64,000 nt of DNA, from positions 1-64,000 of the forward strand of contig JBEKTQ010000016.1 of the NCBI GenBank assembly GCA_049515895.1, read 5' to 3'. Shown here in pieces: positions 11,354 through 21,742 of the stretch (position 1 is its first letter; each line of letters starts with the position of its first letter). The notes beneath the pieces are model-generated. The model had not been told where the DNA came from. It did not search any database and saw only the letters and a list, made by a program, of their open reading frames with translations. A program made the position numbers and the translations under genes. Source of the DNA: Candidatus Bathyarchaeia archaeon. Its GTDB lineage: Archaea; Thermoproteota; Bathyarchaeia; Bathyarchaeales; Bathycorpusculaceae.

Positions 11354-11708
11354 CCACTTTACTTGGAAAATATTGAGTTAGCTTGATGTCAATTGAAAAG
11401 ATGCTTATTACTTTTGTTTATCATCAGTACAGAACCAAATAGTGCCGCTTTCCTCGAAAACAAAAATTAAGAGAAGCGCGAGCTAACCTGTTATTAATTA
11501 TTGGCCCCAGAATTTTAAAATGGTACCTGATAAAGGAGTAAGTTGTGTCGGGTTTAAATCGCGATCTAACTTTACTTTTTCTTTCCCTGCCCCGCAATAT
11601 ATTTTTCCGTCCGCCATCCTTAATTTGTAGTTGTTGATTACTTACTAAACATATAGATCTAAGCTAAACATTAGTTGCCAGTCAGCATAGGCATGATTCC
11701 AATCCCTG

Positions 11709-12815
11709 TTAACAAATTAAAGACTGAATATCATTTATGAAGGAAACCTGCTTTTGCCAAAAATTATTCTTCAATTTTCTGAAATCCAATTTTATTTCTT
11801 TACTATTATTAAGCGTGCGGTAAACAGTTTCGGTTAGTCTCTCTGAGTCAACATTTCTCACGTTTATTAACTTGTCACTTTGTCCAATTAATTTCATGAA
11901 ACTGGAATTTTTCAAATCGTAAGCTATGTTTATTACTGGAATACAGTTTCCAAAAGCAAATATTGCGGAATGTAGCTGCATACCGATAACTAAATCCAGA
12001 TTGCTATAAATCCAGTTTAGTTCGTGTGCAGAGTAGTTGGCAACTTGAATTGGAAGTTTTTTACTTAGTTCATTGATAACAATTGTTTCGTTTGGCGTAT
12101 GTTGGAGGTAAACTATTTGCGCGTCAAGATTATCGATTAGAAATTTGCACGTTTTTTGACATTCATTGATAACTCTATCCAGATATTCTGCTTGTAATTC
12201 CCAATCGTGACAAGCGATGTTTAAACCAATTTTCACTTTGCCCTTTTCGAAACATACCCCAGAAGGTTTTTTTTTCTCCAAGAACATAGCAGGATCTCCG
12301 ATCACTTGAACATTTGTAATGTTCAATCTTCTTAAGAATTCATACGTTTCCAGATCTCTAACGGAAGAAAGTTTTGCACGCTTGTTCAAAGCAATAATGC
12401 TTTTCAAGTGAGCCCTCGGGAGCATTTTTAGTCCAAAATTTCCGACATGCCCTAAGCCATACAAGATTATTGGAGTATCAATAGAATTAAGAAGTTTATG
12501 ATTCATTGGAAAAAACCACCAATTGTACAACCCTCCGCCGCCAATGACGCAAAGATCATATTGATTAATTATTCTTGCCAGTTTAGAATCCCCAATAACT
12601 TTTGATGTGAAGCCTGAAAGACCAAACTCAATTAGGGATTTGAACATGCCGGGTCGGATTTGCGACCTAAGGTCGGACACATCCATAGATGTGTACCTTG
12701 AAATTTCTAGATAACGACTCAAGAGTTCCTTTACTGAATAAGTTACTGCGGCGTCGCCGACATTGTATTTCGTAGTTGGGTGGAAATGAATTACGTTAGT
12801 AATTTTAGGTAGCAC
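11709..12815 (-). CDS. Polysaccharide pyruvyltransferase family protein
   Basis: NVGD, IGGGGL, SVRD, GDPA, IGMQLHSAI. Confidence 0.9.
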   Translation of the reverse strand: MLPKITNVIHFHPTTKYNVGDAAVTYSVKELLSRYLEISRYTSMDVSDLRSQIRPGMFKSLIEFGLSGFTSKVIGDSKLARIINQYDLCVIGGGGLYNWWFFPMNHKLLNSIDTPIILYGLGHVGNFGLKMLPRAHLKSIIALNKRAKLSSVRDLETYEFLRRLNITNVQVIGDPAMFLEKKKPSGVCFEKGKVKIGLNIACHDWELQAEYLDRVINECQKTCKFLIDNLDAQIVYLQHTPNETIVINELSKKLPIQVANYSAHELNWIYSNLDLVIGMQLHSAIFAFGNCIPVINIAYDLKNSSFMKLIGQSDKLINVRNVDSERLTETVYRTLNNSKEIKLDFRKLKNNFWQKQVSFINDIQSLIC

Positions 12816-12875
12816 TCCTGTTGGGTCGCTGTCGGGATCGTTTAGAAATAATCACTTCTAAAATCGTCAATTATG

Positions 12876-14087
12876 CTACTTACGTTTATGGGATAAATTA
12901 ATGTTTTTCTTGATGACTTCAAGAAACTGGATTAGTGACAAACCTGAATTGCCTAATGTAAAATTAAGACTTTTTGAAGCAATTGCGATACTAGGGCTAA
13001 ATGAGTAACCCACATTGTTCGCATATTCTCTAATTTCTTTCATAAAGGGGTTTTTTTCGTTCCCTAACGCTCCTATCAGATATCTATTTTTCACCTTTTC
13101 CCACTTTTCCAAGTTGAAGACTTGTCCGAAATACTCCAGAAGCCCAAGTACCTCGAGGGTCAATAATGTTCTACAACATTTCACGCAAGTCGAGCAGTTC
13201 TTGCCATCTGGAGTAGGCGAAACACATACGTTTAACCAACGATTTGCTCCAGTCAGCTTGGCCAATCTTCTTGTTTTTTCTACGCGTGAATATTGACATC
13301 CTGTGGAAATACATTCAAGCGTCTCCGTGGATAATAGATGAACTGCTATGGGATCGGTTATTGCGATATCGTGATGGGGTTCGATAATGCAGTCCTTGTA
13401 TTGATAACTTGATGAGTAGTAATACTTTGCGAAGAGTTTTTGCAACAAAAGTATCGTGGAAACGTTTCTGGGAACATGTGTGTTCCAAAAATTCCATTTG
13501 AGAATTTCGCTGATATTTGAATCTATCTTTATGAATTCTATTCCAATTTCGCGAGGATACCCTTTCAAGAGGTCATAACGTGCATTAAAAAGTTCTCTAC
13601 TTCTTTCAGAATCCCACTCACCATGAGAGCCCACATTGTTAAAAACGAAATGCGTTATTTTGTAGGCTGGTGTTGTAGCATTAAAATAGTGGTCATAAAT
13701 AGTGCAAAATGAATCTACGCCTGCTGAGAATCCTGTTACTACAGCGCCTTCGCATTCTGCTGTTTTCCCATCATCTAAGCACTGTGGATTGATTCTAACT
13801 TTTTTCAGTTCTGGTATTACAAGCTGAATTATGTTCATGTAGCTATTAGTTAGATTAAAATAGAGTTTCTCAGATACAGCTCCTTTAACTTCTATGTCTT
13901 CGCCCAGCCTCATTGCCAACATTAATACTCCGACTAAAAAACCATCAAGCTTCTCCGTTGTCAAATATTTGCTGAACTCTTTGGGAATTGAATACCATAG
14001 ATACTTTTTCTCGTTAGAGAACTCAATCAGCGATTGAACTTTGACTTTATCATCTGACGCGCTAATTTCTATGGGGTTTATGATCAA
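12876..14087 (-). CDS. Uncharacterised PP-loop (adenine nucleotide alpha-hydrolase-like) protein with C-terminal Cys cluster
   Basis: GFSAGVDS (SGGxDS-like) and NVC-x7-NCSTCVKCCRT. Confidence 0.65.
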   Translation of the reverse strand: MIINPIEISASDDKVKVQSLIEFSNEKKYLWYSIPKEFSKYLTTEKLDGFLVGVLMLAMRLGEDIEVKGAVSEKLYFNLTNSYMNIIQLVIPELKKVRINPQCLDDGKTAECEGAVVTGFSAGVDSFCTIYDHYFNATTPAYKITHFVFNNVGSHGEWDSERSRELFNARYDLLKGYPREIGIEFIKIDSNISEILKWNFWNTHVPRNVSTILLLQKLFAKYYYSSSYQYKDCIIEPHHDIAITDPIAVHLLSTETLECISTGCQYSRVEKTRRLAKLTGANRWLNVCVSPTPDGKNCSTCVKCCRTLLTLEVLGLLEYFGQVFNLEKWEKVKNRYLIGALGNEKNPFMKEIREYANNVGYSFSPSIAIASKSLNFTLGNSGLSLIQFLEVIKKNINLSHKRK

Positions 14088-14289
14088 CTTGTGATTCCCA
14101 GACTACCATAATGATGTTACCAATAAAATATAAAAAATATGAATCGGTGATACATCACGTTAAATTTTGCCGTTCGCAACCATTCTTCTTTCAACAAATG
14201 TAGAATTTTCTCCTGCATTGTGAGTTAGAACAGCCCAGAGTTTGTATAGCGTGCGCTTTTCGAATTCACATATTTTCTAGCCTGAAAAA

Positions 14290-14480
14290 CTCGTTATTTA
14301 AACGGTAAATTTGCCACATTCAGTGCCTACATCGAGAACTCTATCACCCTATTCAATTTCGAGAAAGAAAAAGCGTTCGCTTACGATAGTAGTATAACTA
14401 CGGACAAAGCTATCCGAACAACTATTAATGGCATATTTCCAGCCTATTGTTTTTGTGAGAAAATTCGCCGGAAAAGTTGC
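14290..14480 (-). pseudogene. Decayed paralog of the 20579-21559 methyltransferase
   Basis: Reads TKTIGWKYAI...FFFLEIE*GDRVLDVGTECGKFTV* against intact STIGWKMAI...FFLSILEINKADRILDAGAGCGTIS; two in-frame stops; boundaries approximate. Confidence 0.7.
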
Positions 14481-14630
14481 CAAGGTAATGGTAGTGTTTT
14501 CTGAAGCCCGAGCGACATTCATTAAAACGTTTGAAATGAAAGAGGAAAACGCTGCTTTCATAAAGGCAAGATCGCCCATCTTACTGATTGCAGGCATTTT
14601 CTTTCTGATCTGTTCCATCTCGTACATTTA

Positions 14631-15494
14631 CTAGTTGGGTTGACATAAGTAATAAAGCCAGTCATCTTTTTCATGTTGAAGCGTACATGATTCCGGATTT
14701 GCGATTTCTCTTCCATCCAAACCGTAGACTCTGATATTTCCAAAGCCATTATCCAATAACTGTTTTAGTTGTTCAGTTGGAGTGAGCCAGTAAATTCGGT
14801 GGAGTCTACGATTAGCGCGCTCGCTCGCATGAAAGATCATCATGTGCTGTAGCTCGCTTGAGGGATTTCTGAGATCTCTCCACGTTTTCATATTTAGGAG
14901 ACGTGTCTGCAAGAGCGAATAAGAACGCAATACTAATAAAGCTGGATTCTTGGGAAACTTAATTGATCGTATGCGGCCGCTATAGGAGTTTAGGTTGTGA
15001 GCTGAGAAGCAGAAGTACCCACCTTTCTTAATGACTCGGCGTATTTCATGCAGGATTCTTAACCTTTCTCGGTGGTCTACCGAGTCAATGCCATTAAAGC
15101 TGAAAAGTACAAAGTCAAAGTAGTCTTCTTCAAAATCACTGAGGTTTCTTGCGTCTGCAACTTTAAAAGTGTACTGAGGGAATTTTCGGCGACTTGCGTT
15201 AATCATGTTCTGCGAGTAGTCGACCCCAACGTATTCCCCCACTAAGCACGCGAAGTAAGTTGTAGTGCGAGCTGCTCCCACTCCTATATCTAGCATTTTC
15301 ATAAAAGGCAATTTGTTTTTTAATTCGTCCAGTATTGCTTGTTCAGGTTTTTGTAACTCGCACTGCAAATTGTAATCATTCACTAATTCTTCGCACTCAT
15401 AGGTAGTTTTAACATCGCCAGAAGTTATGACATGGTGAACTAAGATTAGCTGGAAAACTTGGCTTTGGGATCGTAGAAAAGTCTTAACATTCAA
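14631..15494 (-). CDS. Class I SAM methyltransferase (type 11/25)
   Basis: MLDIGVGAAR, VGVDYS, FDFVLFSFNGID, KKGGYF. Confidence 0.9.
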   Translation of the reverse strand: MNVKTFLRSQSQVFQLILVHHVITSGDVKTTYECEELVNDYNLQCELQKPEQAILDELKNKLPFMKMLDIGVGAARTTTYFACLVGEYVGVDYSQNMINASRRKFPQYTFKVADARNLSDFEEDYFDFVLFSFNGIDSVDHRERLRILHEIRRVIKKGGYFCFSAHNLNSYSGRIRSIKFPKNPALLVLRSYSLLQTRLLNMKTWRDLRNPSSELQHMMIFHASERANRRLHRIYWLTPTEQLKQLLDNGFGNIRVYGLDGREIANPESCTLQHEKDDWLYYLCQPN

Positions 15495-15603
15495 GGGTTT
15501 TCATCCCGCCTGAATTTAGTTGAGTTTAGCAAATTTAAGGCTTGCCCGCTGGCTAACTTACAAAACAGAGTGGAAAAAAGCTTATACATAATATTATTCC
15601 TAG

Positions 15604-15690
15604 ATGAACAGAAATTTTGGGCGTCTCAGCAGATTGATTAATTTCATCCTTAATATCCTTGAAAAATTAATGACCGCCCTTCAACTTTGA
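15604..15690 (+). pseudogene. Isolated 3' end of a flippase paralog
   Basis: Encodes FGRLSRLINFILNILEKLMTALQL* against the intact flippase end LGPFSGFFNFLLNILEKLMRVFQL*; shared DNA aatatccttgaaaaatt; opposite orientation. Confidence 0.7.
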
Positions 15691-15807
15691 AAAAAAGAGT
15701 TTCTTAATCCTGAATATATCGTTTTTAGGAGATGTTGAAGCAGAGGTTCTTGTGCAATGGTGAAAAGATTAATTCTACTCAAATTTGGATACATATTGGT
15801 AGTCAAT

Positions 15808-16764
15808 TTAGCATTTTATCTCGAAAAATCGCATAAAGTGGTCATAAAGAAATTCGGGCTTGTATCCAAACCCTTCCGCCCACACAATACTCATCTTATA
15901 ACATCGCTCCGCTTCCTTTGAAGATGGGCACAGAGTTTTATTTGTTGTTTTAAGTTCAGGTGTGACTTTCAAGAGATGAGTCTTGCGTAGGACTTTCAAG
16001 TGTCTCAGAAGTAAGTCGAACCTGTGAAATATAGATGCGGACTCAGAAGGACTTCTTGAAGGAAGCTGAACGAGAGCCATAGGGTTGAGTTTGAAGTTGT
16101 CATTTTGGGGATAGTAGATCATATCCCAATCGAGCTGGTTTACCATTGTGCTCGGATGAATTGTTAGAACAGAATTCTCACGCTTCATGATAAGTCGTTG
16201 AAGGTAACCGTGCTGACGAATTCCTCCTTGCCAGTTGGAAACCAAGATTGAAAAGGGGTAAAACGTGATTCCGTGATAGCTGATCGGTTCGATGGAGATG
16301 TTTGTTGAGAAATCATGAGTTATTCCAAGAGTTTTCAACGCGTCGAGATGAGGGGGGGTCCAGCAGTACCCGGGTGCCCGATATGCAAATATTTGTTTTT
16401 TGGGAAAAAGAGCTCGAAGTGCATAAATTCCACCGGAACCTTCGATTGCTCCTGTTAAAGGGTTGATATGGGATGTCTCCCTAATGAGTGAAGTTTGAAA
16501 TGCTTCCTCGTAGCTTTCAACGTCAGTGAACTCAAAAAGGGTAGGGTGAACAGAGTGGCTTGAGGAGTGATAGCCAATTTGGTGTTCCCTTAGTAAGTCT
16601 ACGGTCGCTGGAAAACTTGATAGTTTTTCAGCCATGTTTCCAGTTATGAAGAATAAGCCCGACAGCTCATGCTTTTTCAAGAGCTCCAAGATATTATGCA
16701 ACCCTGGAACCGAGTTTCTGCTTATGAAGTCTTCCGTATCGAAGGTCAAGAAAAAACTGTGCAA
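15808..16764 (-). CDS. Polysaccharide deacetylase (NodB-like)
   Basis: LTFDTED, FFITG, IGYHSSSHSVH, YRAPGY. Confidence 0.85.
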   Translation of the reverse strand: MHSFFLTFDTEDFISRNSVPGLHNILELLKKHELSGLFFITGNMAEKLSSFPATVDLLREHQIGYHSSSHSVHPTLFEFTDVESYEEAFQTSLIRETSHINPLTGAIEGSGGIYALRALFPKKQIFAYRAPGYCWTPPHLDALKTLGITHDFSTNISIEPISYHGITFYPFSILVSNWQGGIRQHGYLQRLIMKRENSVLTIHPSTMVNQLDWDMIYYPQNDNFKLNPMALVQLPSRSPSESASIFHRFDLLLRHLKVLRKTHLLKVTPELKTTNKTLCPSSKEAERCYKMSIVWAEGFGYKPEFLYDHFMRFFEIKC

Positions 16765-17026
16765 AAGCTTAACACCTTTTGTGACAACAATATTCAGATG
16801 CCTAAGTGTGTGGCCTACCTACAATCAAAGACCAACGCCGAGATTGAATTATTACAAAGTCTATTAAAGCAACGGCTAATGATTTGAAGTTAACACCCTC
16901 CTGAAGGGGAAGCCCAAATGAAGCAAGAGGATGTTTTTTGGAAACTTGGCACATGAAACATTGTAATAAATACCACTGTAACAATTTTCATGTTTTTCCA
17001 GGATTAATTAGTATTTTCGCTTGTGC

Positions 17027-18319
17027 CTATGCAAGTATTTGCGACAACCCCGGGAACAAATACCGCATAATCCGTCTAGGCTGCCGCCGTTGGACAAGCG
17101 ACACGAGTAAATTTGGCAAAACCCCTTTCCATAGCAAAAGCCTGATTCGTAACAAATTCAAGGATGCCCATTTTTTCATAAAAGACAAATTCGTCATCAA
17201 ATCAATTGTCTTAATACTGCCCGAATTGAACAAATCGCGTATAGCCCGATTGAATATATAAATCCCGGGATAAAGTTTTCTATTTTCACTATTGAACGAT
17301 GTCTTTGCAATATACGCAGTTTCTTTGTATTGAACAACTAAACTGTAAGCTATGACATGACCATTGAGTTCTAAAAACCAAACGCCCCGTTTGAAATCTG
17401 GGCAGTTTCTAATAGCTGAATTGGACCCCTCCCAAAGCGACATTAAACCATCATCTGAAGCGTGATGGTGAAGTCGCCAATTCTGCTTCCAGCTTGTTTT
17501 CTCAATGTCAATTATTTTTTGAAAGGCATCCTGCTCGTGATCCCTGTTTTCAAATATAAGAACTTGATATTTGCCAGCAGCGCAAAGCTTACGTTCAATA
17601 TTCTTAAATTCCGCTCTGAAATCTTTGCCCCGCGATTTTTTAAAGTCATCCCAAGCACACGCAACATCGACTACGCGATGATTCAGACGAGCGTCGTTTT
17701 TCTTGCGAATAGATATGTGGTTAGTTTTGCATGTTCGCTCTATGATCTGCAGATTTTGGGACTCAGCAGGCACTTCCAAGATAGCAAACCAGCATTTAAG
17801 ATGACTGAATATGTGATTAAATGAGTTTTTCATGCAAACTTCGCTGTACTTCGTGTCAAAGATGAAGTCTGGCGAATACGGGTAATCGAAAAGCCACTCA
17901 ACAAATCGGATCCCAAATTTTTTCCTAATCAACAGTGGTGCTATCCCTACGATTTTTCCATCAGTCATGAATATCAAAACGGTTGGAGAAGAGCCTTTAA
18001 GCAAAGCTCGTTCCATTCTTTTTTTGATAAATACACTTAACATAAACGGATTATTACTATTCTTGATTATGAAGGAGTCCAACTCTTTGTCGATTTCGGA
18101 TATTTTTCTTGGATCCGAAATAGCATGAATTGATAATCTCAATTCAATCACTCTCACACCTTTTAAAATTACAACTTCTGACGATAATTGGTCACTATGT
18201 GCGAGCTCCCTCGTTTCTAATCTGATTTCGATGTGTCGCACAATCAGGTCCGGCTTATTTGCCTTGTAAAATCCTACAATGGCATTTCTGTTTTTTCGTC
18301 TATGCCCACGCTCACCCAA
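17027..18319 (-). CDS. GNAT acetyltransferase, CelD/BcsL type (start probably downstream of the track call)
   Basis: NNPFM, VGIAPL, IEKTSWK, KTSF...LYPG, MKKWA. Confidence 0.8.
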   Translation of the reverse strand: MGERGHRRKNRNAIVGFYKANKPDLIVRHIEIRLETRELAHSDQLSSEVVILKGVRVIELRLSIHAISDPRKISEIDKELDSFIIKNSNNPFMLSVFIKKRMERALLKGSSPTVLIFMTDGKIVGIAPLLIRKKFGIRFVEWLFDYPYSPDFIFDTKYSEVCMKNSFNHIFSHLKCWFAILEVPAESQNLQIIERTCKTNHISIRKKNDARLNHRVVDVACAWDDFKKSRGKDFRAEFKNIERKLCAAGKYQVLIFENRDHEQDAFQKIIDIEKTSWKQNWRLHHHASDDGLMSLWEGSNSAIRNCPDFKRGVWFLELNGHVIAYSLVVQYKETAYIAKTSFNSENRKLYPGIYIFNRAIRDLFNSGSIKTIDLMTNLSFMKKWASLNLLRIRLLLWKGVLPNLLVSLVQRRQPRRIMRYLFPGLSQILA

Positions 18320-18503
18320 TCATTTGTCGGCGTAAAGGCCTTCATTGTCTGTATTTGGCTATTTAAAGCGTAAACGCTAATTCTTCTGCAGGGGCCGTAG
18401 CAAGGATCATTCCAAAGGAATGGCCTGGTCAGTCTGGCTACACAAAATGAACTGATTTTCGAAGTTTTTCCCTGTAATATCGAGCCTATTATTTATCAAT
18501 AAA

Positions 18504-19538
18504 TCATGATCTTTGAAACCTTCTGAGCACTAATCTTGCAAAAGAAATGGCTTTGCTGTTAACTGGAAGAACAAATTTATATTCTGGAACAAATTCTCCA
18601 CCAAATTTCTGTTTGATTCTATGAATTCGATCCGTTGGATCTGGAGAAGTGCGCCCAAAGTTGACGTATTTGAACCCGTTCTGTGAAGCCCAGTTAATAA
18701 TCTTCCAGTATACGTAAGGCATAAAAGATCTACCACTTGTATTTGGCGAGTACCCCACATAGCTGTGGCGCGCCTCAGAATTCTTCGTGTCACATAACAT
18801 TCCAAACCCAGCGATTACATTATTCTCGGAAGTAAGTAATAGAACCCTAAACTGTTCATCCAAATTTGATCGCAGATTTTTGAAGAACCCATAAGAATTC
18901 GCGTCATAGCCTTGACGGCACATTGATTCTTGGTATAGATTGAAGAAATCAGCGTAATCGCTTTCACGACTAGCGGAATCTAACGAAAAACCGCACCTTT
19001 CAAAGTACCTTATCTCTTTACGCTCGTCTTTCGGCAAAACTTTGTTCCATAAATATTCAGGCGGTTTCTCAGAAAGGTCAAGAATGAAGTCTCCCGCCTC
19101 AACTCGATAATTAAACCCTGAATGAACCAAACAATTCACAATAGATTGCTGATGAACTCTAAGCACCATCGAAACCACAGGATTGAGGATTGAGAACTTA
19201 ACCGACTTTGGTAATGATTCTAAAATCTGGGACATGTTGGTTATCTGACGGCTTATGATCGGACCGGCAATGTGAGGGCCGCTCTCAATGCAAGGAAGCG
19301 AATCTAAAACCAGCAAGGTCCTTGGAACGATTTTTACACGCATCTTATCATAAAAGAAGGGACACACGGCATCCAAGTTTCCTTTGCCATCTCGGCAGGC
19401 CAAATAGAGCGGTCTTGCACCAGTGCTCTCAAGAACATTTCTCCAAGACCAAAAGTGAAAGAAGCCTCCACCGTTTAGGCTTACAAAATCATCCCATTCT
19501 TTTCTGTCTTGTGTCTCAGACCAGCAAACCTTGTTCAT
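18504..19538 (-). CDS. FemAB-like GNAT acyl/aminoacyl transferase
   Basis: WDDFV...FFHFWSW, YVNFGRT, KQKFGG. Confidence 0.85.
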   Translation of the reverse strand: MNKVCWSETQDRKEWDDFVSLNGGGFFHFWSWRNVLESTGARPLYLACRDGKGNLDAVCPFFYDKMRVKIVPRTLLVLDSLPCIESGPHIAGPIISRQITNMSQILESLPKSVKFSILNPVVSMVLRVHQQSIVNCLVHSGFNYRVEAGDFILDLSEKPPEYLWNKVLPKDERKEIRYFERCGFSLDSASRESDYADFFNLYQESMCRQGYDANSYGFFKNLRSNLDEQFRVLLLTSENNVIAGFGMLCDTKNSEARHSYVGYSPNTSGRSFMPYVYWKIINWASQNGFKYVNFGRTSPDPTDRIHRIKQKFGGEFVPEYKFVLPVNSKAISFARLVLRRFQRS

Positions 19539-19675
19539 TTTTCAAATTACCTTTAGGGCGCTTTTATTATTTTATCGTTGCAATTTAGTAGTCTATGTCT
19601 GAAAATAAACTCGGCACCTAATATATTCAATTTCCTGAAAGCTAAACCTCCTCGAAGTTCAAGCCACAATTATGG

Positions 19676-20578
19676 TTACGCTTTAGTTTGGCAGCTTTTC
19701 TCTTGATAGTACAGCTTTAACTCTTCTATATTCCCGATTTGAGCTTGTGGAGCAAAATAACCTATTTTATTAATTACTATGAGGTCTTCCTCTAGTTCAC
19801 GAAGCATCGCTAATTCTTCGCCAAGGTGGATTATATTCTCATACATCGCAAAAAAGAGTGGATCAACATCATCGAACAAAGAAAGAACGTCTAGATACCT
19901 TGCATGTTCTTTCAACTTTGCAGGAGAAACCAATACGTATGGCTCCGAAGGTGGCTCATCGAATTTTGCGAAACCAAAATCTATAGCGACCAAACCGTGA
20001 CTCGTAAGTATAAAATTAACATCAGCGATGTCTCCATGTCGACATACTGCTGGAATTTTCGCTTTTGGTTTGGATTTATCGAGAACATAAAGTGCATCGG
20101 TGAGATCAATGAATCCATGTGCAAAATTAGCTATTCTCTCCGCTCTATGAATGAGTTCTTGAGGTTCGATTGTTCCGCTTTTCGTCTGGGAATAGAATGA
20201 TCCCAAAAAGGCAAGTATGTTACTCAGTGTGTTGCCACTAGTCAGCGAAGAATGCCCAGTCACCGAGTTTTCGATGAAATTTTCGATGAGGTACGCCCTT
20301 CCTTCACAATCTCCAAAAAGCACGACCTCTGGGATATTCTCGACTTTAATATCTCGAAGTTTGAGTAATATCTCTGTTTCACGCAGTATCCTTCCAGAAT
20401 CATGACATGTGCGGGCCATCTTAACGAAAAACTTACGCCTCCCATCTCGACACTGAAGGGTCACAAATGCATGTTCTGACTCAAGGCTCGGGGATTCACT
20501 TAGAATAGTACGGCAGTGCGCGACGGTACAGCCAGTGTGTTTGATCAGTTCTTTTATGACTTCTTCAATCAATGCCAT
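19676..20578 (-). CDS. Aminoglycoside-phosphotransferase-like kinase
   Basis: FFVKM, HGDIADVNF catalytic loop, AIDFG; start abuts the upstream methyltransferase stop. Confidence 0.85.
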   Translation of the reverse strand: MALIEEVIKELIKHTGCTVAHCRTILSESPSLESEHAFVTLQCRDGRRKFFVKMARTCHDSGRILRETEILLKLRDIKVENIPEVVLFGDCEGRAYLIENFIENSVTGHSSLTSGNTLSNILAFLGSFYSQTKSGTIEPQELIHRAERIANFAHGFIDLTDALYVLDKSKPKAKIPAVCRHGDIADVNFILTSHGLVAIDFGFAKFDEPPSEPYVLVSPAKLKEHARYLDVLSLFDDVDPLFFAMYENIIHLGEELAMLRELEEDLIVINKIGYFAPQAQIGNIEELKLYYQEKSCQTKA

Positions 20579-21559
20579 TTACCTCTTGACTTTTATGTAA
20601 AAAGAATTCGCTAAAGTTGCAAGAAGGCTTCTTGGAAGAACTTTCGCAAATCGGTACGGCGCGACTTCTTTCACGGAGTCCATGTCGCAGATAAAATTCG
20701 GAAATCTGTAATCAGGAAGAGCAGCGTAAAAGGTTACGTCCTTAAAGCCTGCCTCTTGTAGAAGCCGCTTATAACCGCGCAGGCTATACGTGCATGGCCG
20801 GTAAGATCCGTTATTCTTTGGTTTCGTGGAAAAACTTCCAAATCGGTGTGGGGCGAGATTGGTGAACCTTAGACCGGTATAATAGTCAGGAGCACCTAAA
20901 AAGTTTCTATATCCTAGTCTGTTTTCCACCCCTATCAGCAATCGGCCACCAGGTCGAAGGATGTCGTGAATGCGTTTGAGCGCGAGAACTTGTGCAGCTT
21001 TGGGAGTAGTCTTGACGGAACCCCAAAGCCATTCCAGCAAACCTATCATAATTACTACATCGAAGAAGTTGTTCTCAAAAGGGGGATTAGTAATATCCCC
21101 CTGCATAATGTGCATATTGTCCAAGTGCTCTTGTTTCTTGATCTGATCGGCAAATAATAACATCTCAATGCTCTTGTCAAAGGCATACACTTTTGTGCTG
21201 GGAAAGCCTTTTGCCATCTGGGCCGAAATGGTCCCACATCCTGCGCCCGCATCTAGAATTCTATCAGCCTTATTGATTTCCAAAATTGACAAAAAAAAGG
21301 CCCGCTTAGGGCTTGTAACATATTTGGCTACCCTGGATTCAACTCCCTCGAGAATTGCCATTTTCCAGCCAATGGTGCTGGCGAGATTCGGCAAACTAAG
21401 CATCGTTTCGTGACTCAGGTGGGGATAAAAATATGAAGACTCATCGAAAACTGGAATTCCCCTCACAATCTTTTTTGGAAAGGCCTTTATTCCCTCAACT
21501 TGACTAATGTCACTATTGTCAAAATCCGTGTGGATCCCTTGCCTTAGCCATGTAATCAT
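20579..21559 (-). CDS. Class I SAM methyltransferase
   Basis: ILDAGAGCG, FDVVIMIGLLEW, LRPGGRLLIGVENR, ALPDYRFP. Confidence 0.9.
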   Translation of the reverse strand: MITWLRQGIHTDFDNSDISQVEGIKAFPKKIVRGIPVFDESSYFYPHLSHETMLSLPNLASTIGWKMAILEGVESRVAKYVTSPKRAFFLSILEINKADRILDAGAGCGTISAQMAKGFPSTKVYAFDKSIEMLLFADQIKKQEHLDNMHIMQGDITNPPFENNFFDVVIMIGLLEWLWGSVKTTPKAAQVLALKRIHDILRPGGRLLIGVENRLGYRNFLGAPDYYTGLRFTNLAPHRFGSFSTKPKNNGSYRPCTYSLRGYKRLLQEAGFKDVTFYAALPDYRFPNFICDMDSVKEVAPYRFAKVLPRSLLATLANSFYIKVKR

Positions 21560-21742
21560 ACCTTATGCTTTCTTTATCCCTTACTTTCTCAACCTCGCGT
21601 ATAACAAATCTTCGAATGTTCGTTCAGTGGGTTTGGGAGGAACCATAAACAGCATCACCTATCATCAGATGAAAAATATTCCTTTTTCCTATTCATGAAC
21701 ACTTCGGTTTAAGTTAACCAGGCTTTCGTCGCGAAAACAAGT

